The translations under genes were made by a program, and so were the position numbers. A stretch of 63,651 bases of DNA, filler included, from Octopus bimaculoides (taxonomy: Eukaryota), in the NCBI RefSeq assembly GCF_001194135.2. It is 5 parts of 5 records of this genome, joined end to end, with 100 filler letters (N's around TTAATTAATTAA, not from the genome) between each part and the next. Parts side by side here need not be neighbours in the genome. Positions count along the whole stretch, not along the records: positions 43,303 to 53,724 come from NC_068991.1; positions 53,825 to 61,490 come from NC_068986.1; positions 61,591 to 63,651 come from NC_068990.1; 2 more parts are not named here. The stretch is one strand, 5' to 3'. Within the stretch, counting starts at the first letter, position 1; each line of letters starts with the position of its first letter. The notes beneath the pieces are model-generated. The model saw nothing but the letters and a program-made list of their open reading frames with translations, was not told where the DNA came from and did no database searches. Of this stretch, positions 52,453 to 63,651 are shown one piece after another.

Positions 52453-53132
52453 GAAAAATCCCAGCAATGGCTGAGAAGCTCAGGACTCAAAGCAGAGACT
52501 GAAGGATTTTTAATTGCTGCACAAGACCAAAGCCTCCCCACCAGAAATTACCAAAAACACATAATGAAAAGAAAGAAATATAACAAGTAACTGTAGAATA
52601 TGTGGAGATCGACAAGAAACAATAAATCATATTATCTCTGGCTGCCCAGTCCTGGCTAAGAAGGAATATATTCACAGACACGACAGAGCTGGGATCTATA
52701 TACACTGGAAGCTATGCCAACATTATGGAATAGCAACAGAAAAAAGATGGTATAAACACACGCCAGAAAAGGTCACAGANNNNNNNNNNGACAACGTTTC
52801 TCTAAAAGAAATGGAAAAACTTTCAAAATACAAAGACCTGGAAATAGAGATAACTCGAATGTGGAATCTAAAAACAGAAACAATTCCTATCATAGTAGGT
52901 GCCTTAGGTATAATAAAAAAATATTCAGACAAATACATAACAAAAACACCAGGACTTACAAATATATATAACATACAGAAAATTGCACTACTGGGTACTG
53001 CACACATTCTACGCAAAACACTTTCAATACAGTAAACATAAGAGCACCACAGCAAACCACAGCACATACCCAAGGCGCACAGAGCTGCGCTCGGTAGTGA
53101 AGTGAAAGCACGTTATAAAAATAAAACTACTG
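52453..53132 (+). mobile_element. 5'-truncated R4/Dong-like element within (AAT)n
   Basis: WLRSSGLKAETEGFLIAAQDQSL, CRICGDRQETINHIISGCPVLA, KEMEKLSKYKDLEIEI and QKIALLGTAHILRKTLSIQ*. (AAT)n on both sides. Confidence 0.92.
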
Positions 53133-53499
53133 AATAATAATAATAATAATAATAAATTCTCATTTCTGTGAGCGATTAAAAAAATAATCGAGTTTCCAAG
53201 GAGAGGGAGTGTTGTTTTTTCATACTCAAGTGGGAACGGAAACTGAGTAACAGCAATTTAGGATTTATCTCTGGTAACACACATCACAGCTGTATACAGG
53301 ATACACAGAAAAACAATACAAATGGGCGAGTGATGATGTGATTAAGTTTACTTCGCAATTACGCAGACAAGTGTCTTTATTATTGATTGAATTGACTAAT
53401 ACATTTTGAAAGCGGGTAGTGTATATTGAAATCTATATAACGCATAAACAGAGCCTGAAAGATTTCTTTAAGATGCACGGCGTATTTTCATTATTTTCA

Positions 53500-53640
53500 T
53501 TTGACGGATATTTCTCCTCATCTTGTTTGTTGTTAAGACAACGTTTCGGCTGATATACCCTCCAGCCTTCATCAGGTGTCTTGGGGAAATTTCGAACCTG
53601 GGTTCTCGTTCTTAAGGTATTTTTCGATGTTGTTGTTGTT
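53500..53640 (-). mobile_element. Repeat carrying a B-box-like motif directly upstream of a hammerhead
   Basis: Minus strand: (AAT)n, cccaGGTTCGAAATTTCCcc, then the hammerhead. Same family as 38698-38830. Confidence 0.8.
53535..53580 (-). ncRNA. Minimal type-I hammerhead-ribozyme-like motif, best preserved copy
   Basis: GACAC-CTGATGA-A-GGCTG gagggtatat CAGCC-GAAA-CGT-T-GTCTT. Palindrome AACGTT (53540-53545) and GUU triplet, with predicted cut between 53540 and 53539. Stem I pairs 4/5. Confidence 0.7.
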
Positions 53641-53641
53641 G

Positions 53642-53724
<83 letters not shown>

Positions 53725-53894
53725 NNNNNNNNNNNNNNNNNNNNNNNNNNNNNNNNNNNNNNNNNNNNTTAATTAATTAANNNNNNNNNNNNNNNNNNNN
53801 NNNNNNNNNNNNNNNNNNNNNNNNATATACATACATGATACTGGTGTTAGAATCATCAGAAAATCTACAGTAGCACAGGTTTCAATTGATAATA

Positions 53895-54348
53895 CGAGGG
53901 AGAGTAAAAAATTATACGCACTCTTGTTTTTCAATGTATTTACATAAAAGCAAGGAATAAACGAGTACTTCATTTTTGTTATATAGTCTCCTTCCTTTTC
54001 GATACGCTTGGTCCAGTGGTTCTCAAGCTTGCGTCTTCTCTCCAAAAAGAAGGTTTTCGGTTGGTCGTGCAACCATTTATGCACCGCTTCCTTTGCATCT
54101 TCATCCTTTGGTCGTACACCCCTTTTCCAGAGAAATCGGATCATTGTTCTTTGTTCTTTAGTACACATTGCTAGTGAAGCGGCCATGCTTACACCGTAAA
54201 GCCAGTAAGAAAAATGGCGTGATTAGGCGCAAACTTCGATCACGTGACTACGATAGTATCAACTATAAGTATTCATGCACAGAAGGCAGTGTGATAGTAA
54301 TAAAGATATGTTATGGCGAAAGTGCAGATAAGTTTTGACTTCTCCTCG
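53895..54348 (-). mobile_element. Internally deleted mariner element
   Basis: About 28-bp imperfect TIRs (cgagggagagtaaaaaattatacgcact / agtgcagataagttttgacttctcctcg) with TA on both sides. The ORF joins an N-terminus (EQRTMIRFLW) to a C-terminus (EAVHKWLHDQPKTFF..WTKRIEKEGDY). Confidence 0.88.
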
Positions 54349-55215
54349 TAAATCCATCACGATATTATATTGCAGTTAATCGGAATGGGACTAATTTCAT
54401 ATATAAACATATAGTCGGCTATAATGATCTTTAAGATCAGCGTATTTAGAATATATTCAGAAATGCTTGAATTTCGTATGTACTTTATATTTTAATTTTG
54501 TTCAATAGCTGTTTCATTAAGTTGAATTTATAATTACATAATTGTGATACATCATTAATTCAAATCAAATTAATTTAAAAACTGTGTTCGTCCAAATCAC
54601 CAGAAATAATATATGTTTTGTCAATCAGAAAACAGTTAGTGTTTTAAGTGCTTTGCCGTTTTCTATCCAATATTTTCACAATATTTACACGCCATAATTG
54701 TGTTTGTCTGCCTCTCGGTATAAACTCAACTAGATATTTATTACGATTGGGTAATGCCTTAACGATACGACACATGTTTTATATATACATATATGGGTAT
54801 CTATCTATCTACATGCAGATACATATATATATATATATATANNNNNNNNNNNNNNNNNNNNNNNNNNNNNNNNNNNNNNNNNNNNNNNNNNNNNNNNNNN
54901 NNNNNNNNNNNNNNNNNNNNNNNNNNNNNNNNNNNNNNNNNNNNNNNNNNNNNNNNNNNNNNNNNNNNNNNNNNNNNNNNNNNNNNNNNNNNNNNNNNNN
55001 NNNNNNNNNNNNNNNNNNNNNNNNNNNNNNNNNNNNNNNNNNNNNNNNNNNNNNNNNNNNNNNNNNNNNNNNNNNNNNNNNNNNNNNNNNNNNNNNNNNN
55101 NNNNNNNNNNNNNNNNNNNNNNNNNNNNNNNNNNNNNNNNNNNNNNNNNNNNNNNNNNNNNNNNNNNNNNNNNNNNNNNNNNNNNNNNNNNNNNNNNNNN
55201 NNNNNNNNNNNNNNN

Positions 55216-55266
<51 letters not shown>

Positions 55267-56134
55267 GAAGTGCTGAAACAATCGTAGACAGAGACGACGA
55301 AAGAAGGAAAGATTGAAAGTAAGAAGTAAGGAAAGAAAGAGTTTCTTTTAGCGCTTCGGAGACAGAACGATGACGTGATACAGATAAAAACGAAGATAAA
55401 CGAACTTCTACAGCCAAACAAATATTTCAGAGGAGATATATAGGTTTCTTTTCTGAATGTCGCAACACAACATTTCTAAAGATAAGCAAAGAGTACCATC
55501 GGGACTCTTAGCTTATCTTTGTTGGTGAAATAATACCAGGATAACAGTGTAGGAATGATTCCATTGAGAAGTATCAGTAGACTCAGATCTCTCTCTCTCT
55601 CTCTTTCTTTTTTTTTCTCTCTCTCTCTCTCGTTCTTTTTCAAGCTGTAACAATACGTCGCTTCCTTACCTCTCTACAAGACACACAGTCAGTCTTAACT
55701 TAAAATTTCGTTACACTCTCACGTTTCCATAACAACCGACGCTCCGTCTCAGCGCCGAGCTCCTCCAACGCTATGTAAATCACTTGGAAATCTCTCTTCA
55801 CAAGAAAACTTTACGTGGTGAGTTCAATTTTACCTTTCAAAAGTACATCGTATTGATAAATTCCTCCAGTACCCGCAATAAAGTTCTTTCAAATATGAGG
55901 ATAGAATCAAAGGCCTGCTCCCTAATCACTTCGGCCATGACCACCAGAATTTCTTAATTTTAAGGCTTTGTTAGACTTAGTTATTTATCGATAGTAGTTT
56001 TATTTCTTTACAGCAATGATAACACCATGGCAATAACCTTGCTCAAACTTTGCATCCAGTATTATTTCAAGATTACAGAATGATGGATAAGTTGTGTCAA
56101 ATGCTTTAGTCTTCAATAGGTTTTCACGGAGATA

Positions 56135-56327
56135 AGGTTGTGAGCACGCTGGGCAAAAAGTTTACGCAGCATTTCGGCCGTCTTTATGTGTTCAAATTCC
56201 ACTGAAGTCAACTTTATCTTTCATCCTTTCTGCGGAGAGAAAATAAGTACCAGTTGAGCAATGGGGTCGATGTAATCGACTTACTCCTCACTCGAAATTG
56301 CTGGTCTTGTGCTAAAATTTGAAATCA
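56135..56327 (+). mobile_element. SINE family A
   Basis: gtgttcaaattcc B-box, core, and ctggtcttgtgctaaaatttgaaa tail. Confidence 0.8.
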
Positions 56328-56803
56328 GTATATTTTCATAGGAGTATTAGAAACTAATGAATAATATATATTACAGCCTCCAGAATTCTAACATCTACGT
56401 TAATCATTCTATTATGGTTACTGAAATTTGATATTAAAGCAGTTGTAATAAACAGAACGTGAACATGCACAATTGTATGCGGAATAAAAGAGTGAAGCGA
56501 TGTCCTTATCTTTTGTACCATGTTGTTATATTTTCAAGTATACCAAAGCATGGACAGAGGCCTTCCAAAAAAGCTTTGTATTTCTATAATGACTTAACCA
56601 TTTCTGCAACATTTCAGAATGTAGAGATGTAGTTCTATTAGCCCTGAATGGATGAAAGGAAATGTCAATCTATGGCCAACAAGGCAGCCATTTCTTTTTT
56701 ATAAATGGGAGAGAATATAATGAAGAGGTGAACTAACTCTAAGATATTATTCACACTTAGTTATCTCCCGCAGCTGTTGAATAAAAGCAAAAGCAATATT
56801 ATT

Positions 56804-56880
<77 letters not shown>

Positions 56881-56882
56881 TA

Positions 56883-57082
56883 AAGTGGTGAGTTGGCAGA
56901 AATGCTTAGCGGTAGTCCGCCCGTCACTACGGTCTGAGTTCAAGTTCTGCCGAGGTCGACTTTGCTTTTCATCCTTTCTGGGTCGATAAATTAAGCACCT
57001 GCGAAACACTGGGCTCGATCTAATCGACTACACCCCTCGCACCCTAATTTTCAGGCCTTGTGCTTATAATAGAAAGGATCTT
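56883..57082 (+). mobile_element. SINE family A inserted in the left arm of the inverted duplication
   Basis: gagttggcagaaatgcttagc head, core, and caggccttgtgcttataatagaaagg tail. Absent from the right arm. Confidence 0.9.
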
Positions 57083-58074
57083 TATTATTGTTAGCCGTCC
57101 ACCAATATTTCTTTCTGCTTTTCTCTCAATCAATATTTTAGCCGACATTTTATTCTTAATGACGCATGCGTTGAATATGATGATATCCATTTACTTCATG
57201 TTATTGTTGGGTATTTCCAGATTAATCTTGAATGAGCAGACCTAATCGTAGGTGTCCCAGCCGTGACCTACTGTCACAATTTGGATAATGATGTATCTAA
57301 TGCGTCCTTTCCTTTTGAAGTTGTGTGATCTAGCGAAGGTCGTGACCTTTCAGCTAGGGCGCTGCACTTATGATCACAAGTTAATCATGAGACGGACAGA
57401 CGCTCGTTGACCGTTAACCATGCGATGGCCCAGCACCCATTCAAGAAAAAGTTTGTAGTCTCAATTATTTATACACCACGGGTATCGGATTAAATCCGGT
57501 GCTGTAAGTTCTAAGGCTCCTGACCGATCTAAGTGTAATCCTAATCGTACTGTTTGAGGAAGGATTTCGAAGCACATGGGCACTGCCCCGCCTTTTGAAA
57601 GAAAAACACCATCGGCTAGAGTCGATAACATCATAGTTTGTGTTTCTTTCAGGATGAAGGTGCGCTGAAACACATTTCCATAATGAAGAAACGTGAAATG
57701 AAGGGCGTAGCTGAAGAGCAGAAGCTTACCATCCAGTCCGGGAATCGAAACCACGGACTTCATGGTCGTGAGAGCAACATAGTAACTACAAGAACACAGC
57801 CTGCACTACATTACACACAACTCACTTAAAAAAGGAAATGACACGTTAGCTAACGTAGTGCTAAATATATAATCATTGTAACTATGATGGAAGGTTACGG
57901 CTGGAACCTGCGATTATAGGTCTGCTCAAGAAAGGTTAATCGAGAAATATACAACAAAAAACATTAAGCAAATGGATATCTCCATATGCAATGCATGCGG
58001 CATTAAGAATGAAATGTCGGCTGAAATATTGATTGAGAAAGAAAAGCAGAAAGAAATATTGGTGGACGACTAAC

Positions 58075-58145
<71 letters not shown>

Positions 58146-58792
58146 CGATGATGATGATGTTGTTGATGATGATGATGATATTGCTTTTGCTTTTATTCAA
58201 CAACTACGAGAGATAACTAAGTGTGAATAATATCTTAGATTTAGTTCACCTCTTCATTATATTCTCTCCCATTTATAAAAAAAAAATGGCTGCCTTGTTG
58301 GCCATAGATTGACATTTCCTTTCATCCATTCAGGGCTAATGGAACTACATCTCTACATTCTGAAATGTTGCAGAAATGGTTAAGTCATTATAGAAATACA
58401 AAGCTTTTCTGGAAGGCCACTGTCCATGCTTTGGTATACTTGAAAATATAACAACATGGTACAAAAGATAAGGACATCGCTTCACTCTTTTATTCCGCAT
58501 ACAATTGTGCATGTTCACGTTCTGTTTATTACAACTGCTTTAATATCAAATTTCAGTAACCATAATAGAATGATTAACGTAAATGTTAGAATTCTGGAGG
58601 CTGTAATTCATATTATTCATTAGTTTCTAATACTCCTGTGAAAATATATTGAAAACTAAAGCATCTGACGCAAATTATCCATCACTCTGTTATCTATGAA
58701 TAATATTATGGGATGCATACAGAACCTAGTTTTCCCAAGCAGTTACCTTATCTAAGAACTGGGCTCGACGTTGCTTAACTGCTGTAGTAGGA

Positions 58793-59470
58793 TGATACCA
58801 GTGCGTAAAGCGGATAGAAATATCCTGACTAATCCTCAAGACGTACTCCTAGGCTGGGAGGAACATTTTTCCATCCTCCTAAATAAAAGCACAGTTGAGA
58901 ACTTCTTGAGAAATGCTCCAAGGCATCCTCCTCAGCTGTGGATGAACAGGAGGCCTACTTTTCATGAACTCAAGCAAGCTATGAAGCAAATGAGACCAAG
59001 GAAGTCTCCAGGCTCTGATTACATCCTTTCCGAGCTCATCAAAGGAGGCTTGCCCTTGCAAACCTGCAGCTTCACTTTTATCGTGAAAGTGGGAATCCCA
59101 AAACGTTCCTATAGAATTGAAAGATGCAGTCCTCATAACGATCTTCAAAAGAAAAAAAAGAAGTGATCGAAAAGCTTCTGAGAACTATAGATAGATATCA
59201 TTACTGCCAATCACTGGAAAGGTTTTCGTAAAGATTCTTCTAAATCGATTCCAGACGATCCTCAAAATAATCTTACCAGAATCTTATTGTGGATTCCGTG
59301 TTGCTCTTAGCACGATTGACAGAAAAGGATGTGGAACACACAATTGAAGCTGCACACGGGGCATTTGGAAAGTTAGTCAAAGTTCTTAACTTAACAACGC
59401 AAACTATGATTTATAATGCTGTGATCATTTCAACTTTGATATATGGCTGCGAAACCTGGACTCTATACTG
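58793..59470 (+). mobile_element. Degenerate, internally deleted RTE-like LINE fragment
   Basis: WEEHFSILLN, KQMRPRKSPGSD, ISLLPITGKVF and LPESYCGFR, joined to DVEHTIEAAHGAFGKL and YNAVIISTLIYGCETWTLY. Confidence 0.85.
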
Positions 59471-60535
59471 AATGTGTGTCTTGTAGATGAATAGGAAGTT
59501 TGAAAAAGAATGGGAGTGATCTGATTTTTGAACTAATCAATGAAATTCTACCAGTAATACATCAGGGTCAACAGAATCGTTGGTACTCTTAGCTTATCTT
59601 TGGGAATATTGTGTTGCGACATTCAGCAAAGAAACCTATTTATCTGCTCTGAAATATTTGTTTGGCTCTAGAAGTTCGTTTATCTTGGTTTCTATCTTTA
59701 TCTCGTCATCGTTCTGTCTTCAAACCACCAAAAGAAAGTCTTTCTTACTTTCGTTCTTTCTTTCGTTCGTCGTTCCTCTCTATCTTTGGCTTTTTCTATC
59801 CTTTCCTCCCCGATTCCGTCCCTCACACGTTTAGCTATTTGTCTCTTTGTTCTACTATTATTTCAAAACATCTTCTCTCCCTCAGCCCCCCTCTCTCTCT
59901 CACTCTCTCAATTTATCCCTTTCTCTCTCCCATACAATGTGTACCACCTTATCTCCTACCATTCTAATCCATTTATTTGTTTATTTTATTATTTGTATCT
60001 TTCTATCTTTCATTCTTTCTTTCACCTCGTATTCCACCATATATCTGTCTTTTACCTTCAATCCTATCGGTATTTCATTTAGCTTAGCTTCACACCGATA
60101 CAATGGCAAAGACATAACGGCACACACATAGATAGACAGATAAATAGATAGATAGATACATATACATACATAAACATACTTATATATATATATATATATA
60201 TATATATACTCACACATATATGTATGTGTGTATGTATGGATGTATAGATATATATATAATGTGCATATACACACACACACACATGTGTGTGTGTATAAAA
60301 TTTCCAATATCGTTCTCTTACACCCTATCTCTCATTTTTAATCTCTCCCACCTTTTGTATATCATCACCATTTGTCTCACTTATATTACAAAATCATATA
60401 CATTCGCAACGGAACAGGCCTACATTTTCTCATACTCACATCTGCACACGCACACACATTCCCACGCCTATCTACCTATGCATAGATATGAAAATGTACA
60501 TACATACACACATACACACATACCTACATACATAT

Positions 60536-60566
<31 letters not shown>

Positions 60567-60772
60567 CATACATACATACATACCTACCTACATACATACA
60601 TACATGCATACATACATATATATGTATATATATGCACAAACACAAAGGTACATATATACACAGACATAGGGATACAAAGGTACATTCACTCAAACATATA
60701 AACGCATGAACTCACACCCTTACACATTAATATATAGAAATGCAACCACATATCTATATAAGTATATATAGA

Positions 60773-60824
<52 letters not shown>

Positions 60825-60871
60825 CACATATGTAAACATAAGAATTAACTCGCGCACATACATCCACATGT

Positions 60872-60919
<48 letters not shown>

Positions 60920-61304
60920 ATTTTTATCCTTCATATATTCTTTAAATATATTTGCTTTCTCTTATTCTGCTTCTTATCAGACACACATACCTACTTGCTT
61001 TACTTCCCTATATCCGTTTTATCTCTTCCCACACCTTTCGATCCCCGCCCCATTTCTTTCACTACACCATCACTTGTAATTCTACTCCTCCCTTCTCACT
61101 ATCGCTGCCTCTTCCTCTTCTCACCTCCTACCCTCTCTCTCTCCCTCTTTCTCACTCTCTTTTTTTCTTTTCAGTGGTTTCCTGTCTGACTTCTAACCTC
61201 CATGACACTCTTCCTTTCTCAAGTAATACATACAAACGTATACAAATGCATACACTCACGTACACCCACACACTCACGCACACATACATGTATCTCTCTA
61301 TATG

Positions 61305-61358
<54 letters not shown>

Positions 61359-61411
61359 CATATATATACATATATATATATATCTATGCATACATACACA
61401 TATATATATGC

Positions 61412-61448
<37 letters not shown>

Positions 61449-62133
61449 CTTATATTTATATATACACATATATCTATATAATACATACATNNNNNNNNNN
61501 NNNNNNNNNNNNNNNNNNNNNNNNNNNNNNNNNNTTAATTAATTAANNNNNNNNNNNNNNNNNNNNNNNNNNNNNNNNNNNNNNNNNNNNTTAAAAAAAA
61601 AAAAAAGGTCAAAGAACGTGACAACTCCTCAACACATGTACACACCTATATACATACGATGTTATTTAGTAATATAGATTTTTTTTTTCATATTTCCTTT
61701 TTAGTCATTAATGTTTAGTTGGATACATTAATGATTCTAAGTTCATTGAACTTGGAAGCATTAACGTTCCTTCGTTCATTGAACTTGCATTTTTCATTTC
61801 TCCTGAATGAAGTTGTGTGTTGCATGTTTTAGAAATAGCAAAGGAATCATACAAAAGAATTTGTAACTGACAAAAACTTCATTAGCGAATAACTTCATTG
61901 TTTATTCCACAAGTGATCTATATGTACCTTTTGTTTTGTATTTTCATAGCTATTCTAATGTTATTAGGACGACAGTATTTTTCTATTACTATTTCTTTTT
62001 TTATTATTTTTTAAAATCCAATTTTGTGACGTGTTGTGTTATATTCTATACACGCTGCAATGGCACCTCGTTTTAAAGGCATACTTAATAGATGAGAAAG
62101 AGTCATGCTTGTGTGTCTGATGAAATAGTTTCA

Positions 62134-62389
62134 TATTTCTTATTTATTTACTGCCTACAAGGGGCTACACACAGAGGGGACAAACAAGGACAGACAAACG
62201 GATTAAGTCGATTATATCGACCTCAGTGCGTAACTGGTACTTATTTAATCAGCCCCGAAAGGATGAAACGCAAAGTCGACCTTGGCGGAATTTGAACTCA
62301 GAACGTAGCGGCAGACGAAATACTGCTAAGCATTTCGCCCGGCGTGCGAAAAGTTTTTGCCAGCACTCCGCCGCCAGCTCGCTGCCGCC
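62134..62389 (-). mobile_element. SINE family A with an alternative tail and a 15-bp TSD
   Basis: TSD gatgaaatagtttca at 62119-62133 and 62390-62404. Tail ...aatccgtttgtctgtccttgtttgtcccctctgtgtgtagcccc. Confidence 0.95.
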
Positions 62390-62852
62390 GATGAAATAGT
62401 TTCAGTTAAGGTATTTACCAGTTTCAAAATTACACCCAAATTGGTATATTGCATTGGTTATATGAAATTCCAAATCCATGCTTCACAAATTTGGAGTTCC
62501 GTGTCGATGGGGTTTTATTTTTAGCTTATAAGTTATTTATTTTTGCAATTAATTTTGTAATAACGTTTCTATTTTAACAATGTTTTGATAACATATTAAT
62601 GCAGTCTATAACAAGGACGTGTTTTATCCCTGTAGTATATAATATGTATGGTTTGAGCATTTTACTGGTTGTTTACCTCTCATGTATGTAGCAGTGTATT
62701 TGTTTCTGTATGGGTCTACAGCTCGGTCTACTAACATGTTTATGAACATACGTTATAATCGTTAAAGTTTTATTGAAAACGTTTTTTGTGGATCGCTTCA
62801 GAGGGATCTTATCACTGTCAGTTTATACCACAAGGACACTTATTGTCTCTAT

Positions 62853-63016
62853 CTGTTGTTGTTGGCACTCCGTCGCTTACTACGTCGAGGGTTCCAGTTG
62901 ATCCGATCAACGGAACAGCCTGCTCGTGAAATTAACGTGCAAGTGGCTGAGCACTCCACAGACACGTGTACCTTTAACGTAGTTAACACAGTGTGACAAG
63001 GCTGACCCTTTGAATT
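62853..63016 (-). mobile_element. SINE family D 3' fragment
   Basis: Matches 44000-44185 with an internal deletion. Confidence 0.9.
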
Positions 63017-63651
63017 GTAAAGGAGACATTTGCTATACGTCTGGACGCTTCTCTTGTATCATCTTCTGTGCATTTAGAGAAGCTCAGATATTTTATGTGT
63101 TGTAAATCTGTTGTGTTGCTGCCCTTCGTTGGTACAAACGTATATTTGTACCAATGGTAATTCCAGCTGGTCTTAACAGGTGCCACTCGTTCGTGGACGT
63201 TAGATGCTAAATATTGGGAAAATCATGGCTTTTGAAATGAAGTTTTATTGAATTATGTCTTTGAAATTCTAAACAGAGAAATATTTAGTAAGTCTGAGAA
63301 TGACGAAATGCTGCAGTTATTTTTTTCAAATCGAAGAAAATTAAGTAGATGGTTGGCCATGTAACATGATATCATAACATATGTGGACAGACATCCGCTA
63401 AAAGAGACATAGGGAGAAGTCAAAACTACTTTAAGAGTCCCTCCTTCCGTGAGGCATTTATGTATAGTAATGCCATTAATATAAATAAATTTATTTAAAG
63501 GGAATAATTAATATATTTTTCCCTTATGAGGTTTTTCACGCTAACTACTTGATAAATTCTTATAAAGATTTTATCCTATTTTTAAATATACATGCACACA
63601 TACATACATACATACATACATACATACATACATACGTATATATATATATAT

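Larger units (their letters stand above)
55290..59790. repeat. Concentric inverted duplication (pairs 55290-55500/59580-59790, 56327-56880/58075-58651, 57085-57300/57860-58078)
   Basis: Checked by eye. 56401-56460 is the exact reverse complement of 58517-58576. The inner and outer pairs are visibly more diverged. Confidence 0.9.

Noticed and set aside
63017-63200. Possible minus-strand LINE RT remnant (IKYL...SRRIA)
   Set aside because: Too short and too diverged to support.

Overview
AT-rich, microsatellite-saturated eukaryotic DNA with about 25 N-gaps (roughly 8.7 kb by hand count). The SINE and microsatellite complement resembles an octopus or other coleoid cephalopod (inference from recalled repeat families, not verified). 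No complete gene, rRNA, true tRNA or CRISPR array is visible, and nearly all ORFs in the supplied track are gap or microsatellite artefacts. The interpretable content is: (1) at least four tRNA-derived SINE families, several with target-site duplications; (2) degenerate non-LTR retrotransposons, namely RTE-like copies and many R4/Dong-like copies with a restriction-like endonuclease, three of them stacked in one (AAT)n tract, including an internally deleted 5'+3' derivative; (3) Tc1/mariner transposase remnants and MITEs; (4) a head-to-tail array of Helitron 3' ends; (5) a concentric inverted duplication around 57.5 kb; (6) a possible minus-strand chain of small host exons at 36.9-38.2 kb. The most interesting signal is seven minimal type-I hammerhead-ribozyme-like motifs in five unrelated sequence contexts. 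One family sits directly downstream of a Pol III B-box-like motif, and at one locus it forms an inverted pair. All alignments and folds were done by eye.
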